This document shows, in pieces, positions 1 to 6,829 of a stretch of 10,976 bases of DNA; the stretch's first letter is position 1, and the number at the start of each line of letters is the position of its first letter. This stretch comes from Abditibacteriaceae bacterium. Lineage in GTDB: Bacteria > Armatimonadota > Abditibacteriia > Abditibacteriales > Abditibacteriaceae. The notes beneath the pieces were generated by a model that made no database searches, was not told the DNA's origin, and saw nothing but the letters and a program-made list of their open reading frames with translations. The position numbers and the translations under genes are program-made. Location of the stretch: assembly GCA_031425655.1 (NCBI GenBank), contig JANPJS010000134.1:1-10976 (forward strand), in the 5' to 3' direction.

Positions 1-564
1 TGTCAGTTCAAGGTCATAACCGGCCTGCGTGCCATCACCATCCATCGAAGTCAGCAAAATTTCACCGGCACCACGGCTTTCGGCGTCGCGCGCCCATTTG
101 ACCGCATCTTTCCCGGTTGGCGTGCGCCCTCCGTGCAGATAAACCTCCCACGAATTTTCACCGCGCTGTTTGGCATCAATCGCCACGACGATGCATTGCA
201 CGCCAAATTTATCGGCGCCTTCCGAGATCAAATCGGGATTTTGAAAGGCCGCTGTATTAATGAAAATCTTGTCGGCGCCCGCTGCCAAAACCTGGGACAT
301 TTCATCGGTATGCTTCAAGCCGCCGCCAACCGTGAAAGGAATAAAGGCTTCTTCCGTCACACGCGCCGCCAAATCAGCGATAATATCGCGCCGCTCATGC
401 GAAGCCGTGATGTCAAGAAACACCAGTTCATCTGCACCCGCTTCGTCGTAATAAGCGGCACGTTCAACAGGGTCACCGGCATCGCGCATGTTTTCAAATT
501 TGACGCATTTCACCACGCGTCCATTGTTAATGTCCAGCGCGGGAATAATTCGTTTGGCAGGCAT
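1..564 (-). CDS. hisF: imidazole glycerol phosphate synthase cyclase subunit HisF (3' end outside window)
   Basis: Not in the ORF track. Manual translation from ATG at 564 gives [57 protein letters not shown], the typical HisF N-terminus. Lies downstream of hisA. Confidence 0.96.
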   Translation of the reverse strand, partial: MPAKRIIPALDINNGRVVKCVKFENMRDAGDPVERAAYYDEAGADELVFLDITASHERRDIIADLAARVTEEAFIPFTVGGGLKHTDEMSQVLAAGADKIFINTAAFQNPDLISEGADKFGVQCIVVAIDAKQRGENSWEVYLHGGRTPTGKDAVKWARDAESRGAGEILLTSMDGDGTQAGYDLELT

Positions 565-568
565 AATA

Positions 569-599
569 GAAGGATGAAGGATGAAGGCGGAAGGATGAA
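569..599. repeat. heptamer tandem repeat (GAAGGAT family), 4 units plus GAA
   Basis: gaaggat gaaggat gaaggcg gaaggat gaa, between the hisA stop and the hisF start. Only a degenerate opposite arm, overlapping the hisA 3' end. Confidence 0.9.
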
Positions 600-609
600 T
601 TCTCCTGCC

Positions 610-1344
610 TCATACTTCTTTGTCTTTTGCCACAGTTAACAATTGGTTCATGGTAGCGGTTCCTTCATAGAGGGCTTTGCCGACAATGGCGCCTTCGATG
701 TTGGGGATGTTTTTCAAGATGCGGATATCAGTTGCTTTATGAACTCCGCCGGATGCGATAACGGGGATTTCAACGGCTTCAGCCATCTGGCGCATGGCTT
801 CAGCATTGGGGCCAGAGAGCATTCCATCACGAGCGATGTCGGTAAAGATAATGCGCGCACAACCGAAATCTTGCATGGTTTGCGCGAAAGAAACAGCGGG
901 AATCGCGCTGGTTTCTTGCCATCCCGCAACCGCCACCATGCCGTCACGTGCATCCAATCCTAAAATGATGGCTTCGCCGAATTGCGCGAACATTTGCTGC
1001 GCCCATTGCGGCTCCTGGGCGGCCTTGGTGCCAATAATGCAGCGCTGAACGCCGGAATCGAGCACCTTTTGAATGGTTGAAGCATCGCGCAAGCCACCAC
1101 CAAGTTGAACGGGAATTTTTAAGGTTTGGGCAATGCGCGCTACGATGGCATGATTGGCATTGCTGCCGGCCTTGGCACCATCCAAATCAACAACGTGCAG
1201 GCGGGTGGCGCCTTCGCTTTCCCAACGCTGCGCCATCTCCACCGGGTCTTGCCCGTAAACCGTTTCGTGATTGTAGTCGCCCTGCAACAGGCGCACACAC
1301 TGTCCGCCGCGAATATCTATCGCGGGAATAATTTCAAAGCTCAT
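610..1344 (-). CDS. hisA: ProFAR isomerase HisA
   Basis: IIPAIDIRGGQCVRLLQGDY, LHVVDLDGA, QLGGGLR, FTDIARDGMLSGPN and IASGGV motifs. Sits in a his cluster. Confidence 0.97.
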   Translation of the reverse strand: MSFEIIPAIDIRGGQCVRLLQGDYNHETVYGQDPVEMAQRWESEGATRLHVVDLDGAKAGSNANHAIVARIAQTLKIPVQLGGGLRDASTIQKVLDSGVQRCIIGTKAAQEPQWAQQMFAQFGEAIILGLDARDGMVAVAGWQETSAIPAVSFAQTMQDFGCARIIFTDIARDGMLSGPNAEAMRQMAEAVEIPVIASGGVHKATDIRILKNIPNIEGAIVGKALYEGTATMNQLLTVAKDKEV

Positions 1345-1361
1345 ATCATTTGTGGATAAGG

Positions 1362-1967
1362 TTAAATCTTTCCGAAGTTATCTAAAATTTTCAGTCCGAC
1401 GGCGCTGCTTTTTTCGGGGTGAAACTGCGTGGCCATCAGGTTATCGCGCTCGATAGCGGCCACGAAATTCGTGCCGTGTGTTGAACTCGCGGCGATGACA
1501 TTCTGTTCCGCCGGCTGCGCGTGATACGAGTGGACGAAATACACCATCGCGCCTTGTTCAACGCCTTTGAACAGCTTGCTTTCGCGCGGAAAATGCAGTG
1601 CGCTCCAGCCCATGTGCGGAATTTTCAGGCCCGGCGCGTCCGGCAGGCGCGTAACGCGGCCTGCGACGGCGCCGATGCCTCGATTGGTGCCTAATTCTTC
1701 GCTTTCCTCGAACAAAAGCTGCAAAGCGAGGCAAATTCCTAAAAACGGTGTGCCGCTTTGAATCGCGCGGCGCATCGGCTCGACGAGATTCGCGTCGCGC
1801 AAAGTTTGCATCGCCGCGCCGAACGCACCGACGCCGGGCAGCACGATTTTTTGGGCGCGCGAAACTACGTCTGCATCGCGCGTTACTTGCGTTGCGTAAC
1901 CCAAATGCTCGAACGCTTTTTGCGCGCTTCGCAGGTTGTTGATGCCGCAATCTATGATGGTAATCAT
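1362..1967 (-). CDS. hisH: imidazole glycerol phosphate synthase glutaminase subunit HisH
   Basis: LPGVGAF, LGICL (catalytic Cys), PHMGW, YFVHSY and QFHPEKS motifs. Confidence 0.97.
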   Translation of the reverse strand: MITIIDCGINNLRSAQKAFEHLGYATQVTRDADVVSRAQKIVLPGVGAFGAAMQTLRDANLVEPMRRAIQSGTPFLGICLALQLLFEESEELGTNRGIGAVAGRVTRLPDAPGLKIPHMGWSALHFPRESKLFKGVEQGAMVYFVHSYHAQPAEQNVIAASSTHGTNFVAAIERDNLMATQFHPEKSSAVGLKILDNFGKI

Positions 1968-1970
1968 TCA

Positions 1971-2037
1971 GAGTGATGAGTGACGAACTACGAGTGACGA
2001 GTGAAATTCGTCACTCGTCACTCGAAACTCGTCACTA
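1971..2037. repeat. inverted heptamer-repeat hairpin (GAGTGAC/GTCACTC)
   Basis: Left arm gagtgat gagtgac gaactac gagtgac gagtgaa (1971-2005). Right arm gtcactc gtcactc gaaactc gtcacta (2010-2037), which includes the hisB stop. Confidence 0.92.
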
Positions 2038-2625
2038 CAAAAGGCCTTTGGTCGAAGGCAATTCATCGCCGGAAACCGTCAGGGCGGCGCGCATGGCCTT
2101 CGCCATTGCTTTCATACTCGCTTCGATGACGTGGTGCGCGTTGCCGCCGCTCAGTTCCTTGATGTGCAGGTTGATTTTCGCGTTATTGGCCAGCGCTACG
2201 AAGAATTCGCGGGCTAAGTGCGTGTCGAATTCGCCCAATCGCTCTTGTTGCAAATTCCAGTCGAGTTGCAGCGAGCTGCGCCCGCAAAAATCTACGGCGC
2301 AAAGCATCAGCACTTCGTCCATCGGAGCGATGAAAAAGCCGTAGCGCGCGATGCCGCGCTTATCGCCGACGGCTTCATTCAACGCTTGGCCGAGCACAAT
2401 TCCCAAGTCTTCGATGAGGTGATGCGCTTCGATTTCGACGTCGCCGGTCGCCTTGATTTGCAGGTCGAAGCGGCCATGTTTGGCCCACTGTTCCAGCATA
2501 TGCTTCCAAAACGGCGCGCCGCTTTCGCGCGGCAGTTGAATAGCGAACTGCCCGCTGCCGTCGAGGTTAAGCGAAAGCTCGATCTGCGTTTCGGTCGTGT
2601 TGCGAATGATGTGCGAGGTTCTCAT
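2035..2625 (-). CDS. hisB: imidazoleglycerol-phosphate dehydratase, monofunctional
   Basis: RNTTETQI, HHLIED, PMDE, NAHHVIEA and LPSTKG motifs. Homology begins at ATG 2625. An alternative in-frame GTG at 2679 overlaps the upstream stop. Confidence 0.96.
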   Translation of the reverse strand: MRTSHIIRNTTETQIELSLNLDGSGQFAIQLPRESGAPFWKHMLEQWAKHGRFDLQIKATGDVEIEAHHLIEDLGIVLGQALNEAVGDKRGIARYGFFIAPMDEVLMLCAVDFCGRSSLQLDWNLQQERLGEFDTHLAREFFVALANNAKINLHIKELSGGNAHHVIEASMKAMAKAMRAALTVSGDELPSTKGLL

Positions 2626-2698
2626 GGCTGTTGGGTTCTGGGTGTTGGGTGTTAGGTAGAAGCCGGTTCCAGCACCCACTACCCAGAACCCAGCACCT
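2626..2698. repeat. inverted heptamer-repeat hairpin (GGGTGYT/AGCACCC)
   Basis: Left arm ggctgtt gggttct gggtgtt gggtgtt (2626-2653). Right arm agcaccc actaccc agaaccc agcacct (2671-2698), overlapping the HAD gene 3' end. Confidence 0.88.
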
Positions 2699-3665
2699 GA
2701 TTCAAATACTGCAAAAGCGTGTTCGCGTCCGGCGTGACGATTTCGGCGCCGGCTTCGAGAAACAAGCGCCGATGCGCGCCGCCCGACGGCCCGGACAGGC
2801 TGGTGCAGGGAATGATTTTGGCTTTGCCCGCGCCTTTGAGTTCACGATAGTGCATCACGGTTTTGTGATCGTCCATGGTGTCGCCGACATAAATCGCGGA
2901 GCGGAATTCCATGTTTTCACGAAGACGGAGCATGGTGCGGCCATCGGGCTTGCGCACGCCGTCGTCTTCGGTGATCCAGTGCGTTTCGGGAATGCGATTC
3001 GTTAGGCCGGCCACTTTCAAGGCGAGGCGCGTTTCGGCGCGCGTGCGGCCCGTGACGATGCCGATTTTCAGTTTTGCAGGCAGCAGTTTGGCATCCATCA
3101 TAACGGTTTCGCGCTGATAATAGCCCTCGCCGTGAATGTGTTCGGGCGCGAAGCCGTAAAGCGCGCGACAAGTGTTGTCGCCGGCATACATTTCCTGAAA
3201 AAGCTGCGTCACGAGCTTGGAATTCCAGCCGCGCGCGAAATCGCGGCGCTGAAACGGCGTCAGGATGTCGAGCAGCACCGCTTCGGCATTCGCCAGACCG
3301 CCGCCGCGCCGCTTAATCGCTTCGGTGTATTCGCTCCACGGCGGCTCCTGCTCGCGCAGCGCCAGCGTGTCTTCGGCGCCGCTGATCGCGTGTTTGGCCA
3401 CGACAAGCGCGACGGCGGCGTTCGTCAAGTCCCAATCGCTGTTGAAACCGCCCGCCATCTTGAAGAGTTCGGTCTCGCTCGTCTGAAAAAGCGGGCCGGT
3501 GTCGGCCAATTTCAGCACTTGCGTGGCGTAATGCTGCACGGTTTCGCCGCTGACGACGCGAAACGATTGCGAAACGTCCAACACCACGCCGTCAATATCG
3601 AGAATTAAAGCGTCAATTTGCCCCAGCGTTTTGAGCAGGTCTTGTTTAATGTAAAGTTCGGACAT
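2679..3665 (-). CDS. HAD-superfamily hydrolase (resembles TIGR01548 type), candidate histidinol-phosphate phosphatase
   Basis: Motif I LDIDGV, motif II VTGR, motif III KP, motif IV YVGDTMDD, plus GGFNSDWDL. Directly upstream of hisB. Confidence 0.85.
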   Translation of the reverse strand: MSELYIKQDLLKTLGQIDALILDIDGVVLDVSQSFRVVSGETVQHYATQVLKLADTGPLFQTSETELFKMAGGFNSDWDLTNAAVALVVAKHAISGAEDTLALREQEPPWSEYTEAIKRRGGGLANAEAVLLDILTPFQRRDFARGWNSKLVTQLFQEMYAGDNTCRALYGFAPEHIHGEGYYQRETVMMDAKLLPAKLKIGIVTGRTRAETRLALKVAGLTNRIPETHWITEDDGVRKPDGRTMLRLRENMEFRSAIYVGDTMDDHKTVMHYRELKGAGKAKIIPCTSLSGPSGGAHRRLFLEAGAEIVTPDANTLLQYLNQVLGSG

Positions 3666-3670
3666 GAGAA

Positions 3671-3746
3671 AGAAGTCGGAAGTCGGAAGTCAGAATCCAG
3701 AAGAAGCCTTCAACGACTCCCTTCTGGATTCTGACTTCTGTCTTCT
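3671..3746. repeat. inverted heptamer-repeat hairpin (RGAAGTC/GACTTCT)
   Basis: agaagtc ggaagtc ggaagtc agaatcc agaag ... cttct ggattct gacttct gtcttct. Perfect 18-bp inverted repeat at 3686-3703/3721-3738. Confidence 0.9.
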
Positions 3747-3752
3747 TCTGCC

Positions 3753-3758
3753 AGTATA
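3753..3758 (-). promoter_or_regulatory. putative -10 box (TATACT) for the HAD-his transcript
   Basis: agtata on + reads TATACT on -, just upstream of the repeat hairpin. No clear -35 seen. Confidence 0.4.
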
Positions 3759-3763
3759 GCCCT

Positions 3764-4315
3764 TCACCACAATATCAATTCGGGATCGAGCGTGGCGCCG
3801 TCTACGCGCAGGATTCCCAGCCCGAAATGCGGCGAATAGCGGCGGTCAGTGGGCGAACCGGGGTTGAAAAGCAGAACTTTGCGGCCTCCGACTTCGTGCC
3901 AGAAGATAATGGGACGGTGCGAATGGCCGAAGATGATGCAATCCGCCGTCGGCACGCCGTTATCAAGAAAGTGCGAGAGCGCGTTACCCGCCGTCTGCGT
4001 GTTGCCCGGCGCGTCCAGCGACGCAGCGCGCGAACCAGCGGGAACATGGCCGTGAACGAGGCCGAGATTGCAGCCTTCAACGGTGAGAAAGCGCGTGGCG
4101 GGCAATTTGTCGAGCGCGTGCCAATCGTCGTTGTTGCCATGCACGCCGAAAGTCGGCGCGATGGCTTCCAAATCGAGCAGCACGTTAACATCCGTCAAAT
4201 CGCCGCCGTGCAGAATGAAATCCACGTCCGCGAACGCCTCGAAGACGCGCGCCGGCAACTGCCTCTTGCCACCGGAGCGAATGTGCGTGTCGGAAATAAT
4301 GCCAATGGTTTTCAT
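3764..4315 (-). CDS. metallophosphoesterase, YfcE/MJ0936 family
   Basis: ISDTH, HGGD, GNND, VHGH, FGHSH and NPGS motifs. Start taken at ATG 4315 because the longer ORF only translates the upstream repeat. Confidence 0.92.
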   Translation of the reverse strand: MKTIGIISDTHIRSGGKRQLPARVFEAFADVDFILHGGDLTDVNVLLDLEAIAPTFGVHGNNDDWHALDKLPATRFLTVEGCNLGLVHGHVPAGSRAASLDAPGNTQTAGNALSHFLDNGVPTADCIIFGHSHRPIIFWHEVGGRKVLLFNPGSPTDRRYSPHFGLGILRVDGATLDPELILW

Positions 4316-4321
4316 GATTTT

Positions 4322-4430
4322 TTGTCTCTCGCAAAGACGCAAAGGCGCAAAGGGGTTTTGGATTTCTCTGTGAAGTGTGCGTAAGAATGCCTTAAATTTC
4401 TTTGCGCCTTTGCGTCTTTGCGAGAGACAA
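4322..4430. repeat. MITE-like element with perfect 31-bp terminal inverted repeats built from CGCAAAGR octamers
   Basis: ttgtctctcgcaaagacgcaaaggcgcaaag (4322-4352) is the exact reverse complement of 4400-4430, with a 47-nt spacer. Confidence 0.9.
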
Positions 4431-4433
4431 TTT

Positions 4434-5486
4434 TTACGGAAACAACGCCGCGCTGTGCAGTCCTTCGCGCTCATCGAAGCCGCACATGATGTTCAGATTT
4501 TGCAATGCCTGGCCCGCTGCGCCTTTAACTAAATTGTCTTCGGCGGAAACGAGGATCACGCGATTTGTGCGCGCATCTACCGCAACGCCGATGTCGCAGA
4601 AATTGCTGCCGACGACGTGCTTGAGTTGCGGCACTTCGCCCACGGGCCAAACGCGCACGAACGGCTCGTTTTGGTAGCGTTCAGCGATGATTTGGTGCAG
4701 CGATTCGCGCGTGTGCTGTCCGCGCAGGGTGGCGTAACTCGTGGTGAGGATGCCGCGCGCAATCGGCAAAAGGTGCGCTGTGAAAGTCAGCGTGATTGGC
4801 TGGCCGCAGGCATCGCCAAGCGCCTGCTCGATTTCCGGCGTGTGCTGATGCGCGCCGATTTTATACGCCTTGAAATCTTCCGAAACTTCGGCGTGATGCA
4901 AACCCAGACTAAACGCCGCGCGCCCGGCGCCCGATGTGCCGCTGGCGCTGTCCACGATGATCGAAGCCGGTTCGATGGCATTTGCGGCCAAAAGCGGTGC
5001 CAATGGCAAAATTGCGCTTGTCGGATAGCAGCCGGGGTTGGCGACCAGTTTCGCGGTTTTTATGGCTTCGCGGTTCCATTCGGGCAGGCCATAAACCGCG
5101 TCCGGCAACAACTGAGGCGCCAAATGCGGCGTTTTATACCAGTGTTCGTATGTTTTGGCGTCGCGCAAGCGAAAATCGCCGCCGAAATCGCACACTTTGA
5201 GGCCGCGTTCCAACAATTGCGGCGCGATTTCCATCGCTTTGCCGTGTCCGAGCGCAATGAAGGCGAAATCGCATTCGGCGATGCGGTCTAAATCCAATTC
5301 TTCGCAAACGATGTCGCACACGCCGCGCAAACTCGGAAATAAATCGGATAATTTGGCTCCGGCGCGTTCGCCCGAAGCGGTGGCGATTTTGAGTTCGGCG
5401 AAGCGATGGCCAACCAAGAGCCGCGCCAGTTCGGCGCCGCCGTAGCCGCTGGCGCCAATCAGCGCGACAGAGATTTTTTCGGACAT
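4434..5486 (-). CDS. argC: N-acetyl-gamma-glutamyl-phosphate reductase
   Basis: IGASGYGGAEL, AVYGLPE, ANPGCYPT, SGTSGAGR, HQHTPEI and DNLVKGAAGQALQN motifs. Start at ATG 5486. Confidence 0.97.
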   Translation of the reverse strand: MSEKISVALIGASGYGGAELARLLVGHRFAELKIATASGERAGAKLSDLFPSLRGVCDIVCEELDLDRIAECDFAFIALGHGKAMEIAPQLLERGLKVCDFGGDFRLRDAKTYEHWYKTPHLAPQLLPDAVYGLPEWNREAIKTAKLVANPGCYPTSAILPLAPLLAANAIEPASIIVDSASGTSGAGRAAFSLGLHHAEVSEDFKAYKIGAHQHTPEIEQALGDACGQPITLTFTAHLLPIARGILTTSYATLRGQHTRESLHQIIAERYQNEPFVRVWPVGEVPQLKHVVGSNFCDIGVAVDARTNRVILVSAEDNLVKGAAGQALQNLNIMCGFDEREGLHSAALFP

Positions 5487-5493
5487 GAAAAGC

Positions 5494-5502
5494 AGTGTAG
5501 CA
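5494..5502 (-). promoter_or_regulatory. extended -10 promoter (TGcTACACT), probable leaderless argC mRNA
   Basis: Minus strand reads TG-C-TACACT-GCTTTTC-ATG, with 7 nt between the -10 and the ATG and no SD. Confidence 0.6.
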
Positions 5503-5526
5503 AGGATGAATTGCGCTCTATTCGAC

Positions 5527-5570
5527 AAATAAAAGCAGCGCGACGGAATTCCGTCGCGCTGCTTTTATTT
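5527..5570. terminator. intrinsic terminator, perfect 44-bp palindrome with T tracts in both directions
   Basis: aaataaaagcagcgcgacggaa|ttccgtcgcgctgcttttattt, 16 nt downstream of the stop at 5587. Confidence 0.88.
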
Positions 5571-5586
5571 TGCCGATAGGTTTGGC

Positions 5587-6003
5587 TTAACGCCGAACGT
5601 ATTGGCGGACGACATAACGACGGCTGCTGGGACTCCAGTAGCTCGTGGTGTAATAGCCGTTGCGGCGGGAAGCCGCTGTGGCAACGCGCGCTTGAGACAG
5701 CGTCCTGTAATAATCGGTGTCCCTCAAACGTAAGCGGGCATTCACGCTCGGTGTGTAAGGCTTGGCGCGTTGCGAAGTCTTGTAACGCCGACTCGTGCGT
5801 GGCCAGCTCGTGCGTCGCCAGCTCGTGTTGGATTTAGACCAGCCTTTGTGCTTGCCTTTGTCCCAACCCTTGTGCTTGCCGTTGTTGTGCTTGCTGTTGT
5901 CGTGTTTGGCCTGCGCCGTGTCGGTCAGTGCCGGCAAAAGGGCCATTGCGGTAATGACCAAGCCGCCGATTAACGAGCGACGTGTGAACGAAATTGCTTT
6001 CAT
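5587..6003 (-). CDS. secreted, highly basic hypothetical protein (138 aa) with twin-arginine-like signal peptide
   Basis: SD AGGAGGA 6 nt before ATG 6003. TRRSLI, then a hydrophobic stretch and AQA cleavage site. GKHKGW repeated twice. Followed by a terminator. Confidence 0.8.
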   Translation of the reverse strand: MKAISFTRRSLIGGLVITAMALLPALTDTAQAKHDNSKHNNGKHKGWDKGKHKGWSKSNTSWRRTSWPRTSRRYKTSQRAKPYTPSVNARLRLRDTDYYRTLSQARVATAASRRNGYYTTSYWSPSSRRYVVRQYVRR

Positions 6004-6044
6004 GGTGATTCCTCCTAAGAATCTGGATTCTCTCGGAGGACGTC

Positions 6045-6059
6045 GCAAACGCGGTGCCA
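6045..6059 (-). promoter_or_regulatory. putative sigma54 (-24/-12) promoter
   Basis: Minus strand TGGCAC-CGCGT-TTGC has the exact GG-N10-GC spacing, about 40 nt upstream of ATG 6003. Confidence 0.65.
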
Positions 6060-6149
6060 GTTCAAAGTTGATGCGATTAGGCGTGCGCTCTTTATGCCTC
6101 TGGCCGCCTGCGATAACCTTTATGCGAACTTGATTCAGGAGAATTTTCG

Positions 6150-6797
6150 ATGCGACAGGCTTTAATTGTGTGGGGCGGCTGGGACGGTCATCAGCCCAAA
6201 CAGTGCGCGGAGGTTTTCGCGCCGTTTTTGCAGGAAAGCGGCTTTGAGGTGCGCGTTTCCGATTCGATGGACGTTTATCTCGAAGAGGATTACATGACTT
6301 CGCTCAGTCTCGTCGTGCCGATTTGGACGATGGGCACGATTTCCGGCGAGCAGGAAAAAGGCTTGCTAAGTGCCGTCAAAAGCGGCGTCGGGCTGGCCGG
6401 ATTTCATGGCGGCATGGGCGATGCGTTTCGCAATAGCACGACGTATCAATTTATGACCGGCGGGCAGTTTGTGGCGCATCCGGGCAACATTATGCGCTAC
6501 ACGGTCAACATCGTCAGCGACGACCCGATTGTGGCCGGAATTCCCGATTTCGAGGTCAATTCGGAGCAGTATTATATGCACACCGATCCCGGCAACGAAG
6601 TTTTGGCGACCACGATTATCACCGGCGAACAAGGCGATGTGCCGTGGGTGGCCGGAACCGTGATGCCGGTGGTGTGGAAGCGCAAATGGGGCGCGGGACG
6701 TGTCTTTTATTCGTCATTAGGCCACGCCGCAGGGGAATTTGAAGTCGAAGAAACCAAAACCATTCAGCAGCGCGGAATGCTGTGGGCGGCGCGCTGA
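6150..6797 (+). CDS. ThuA-like domain protein (class I glutamine amidotransferase-like fold)
   Basis: ALIVWGGWDGH, GLAGFHGG, GGQFVAHPG, SEQYYMH and GRVFYSSLGH motifs. SD AGGAG at 6137-6141. Confidence 0.9.
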   Translation: MRQALIVWGGWDGHQPKQCAEVFAPFLQESGFEVRVSDSMDVYLEEDYMTSLSLVVPIWTMGTISGEQEKGLLSAVKSGVGLAGFHGGMGDAFRNSTTYQFMTGGQFVAHPGNIMRYTVNIVSDDPIVAGIPDFEVNSEQYYMHTDPGNEVLATTIITGEQGDVPWVAGTVMPVVWKRKWGAGRVFYSSLGHAAGEFEVEETKTIQQRGMLWAAR

Positions 6798-6798
6798 C

Positions 6799-6829
6799 GA
6801 GGGATGAAGGATGAAGGTGGAGGGATGAA
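6799..6829. repeat. heptamer tandem repeat (GAAGGAT family), second copy
   Basis: gagggat gaaggat gaaggtg gagggat gaa. Same 4-unit plus GAA layout and third-unit variant as 569-599. Confidence 0.88.

Noticed and set aside
3666..3760. His attenuator, leader peptide or T-box
   Set aside because: No His-codon leader ORF and no T-box motif. The stem is explained by the heptamer repeat.
4316..4474. 53-aa N-terminal extension of the phosphoesterase
   Set aside because: It is a translation of the argC tail and the MITE-like repeat. Family homology starts at 4315.
133..5445. Many + strand ORFs opposite the his and arg genes
   Set aside because: Antisense shadows of well-supported minus-strand genes in GC-rich DNA, with no recognisable motifs.
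5502..5512. aaggatgaatt, identical to 591-601
   Set aside because: A single 11-nt match with no tandem units, so chance cannot be excluded.
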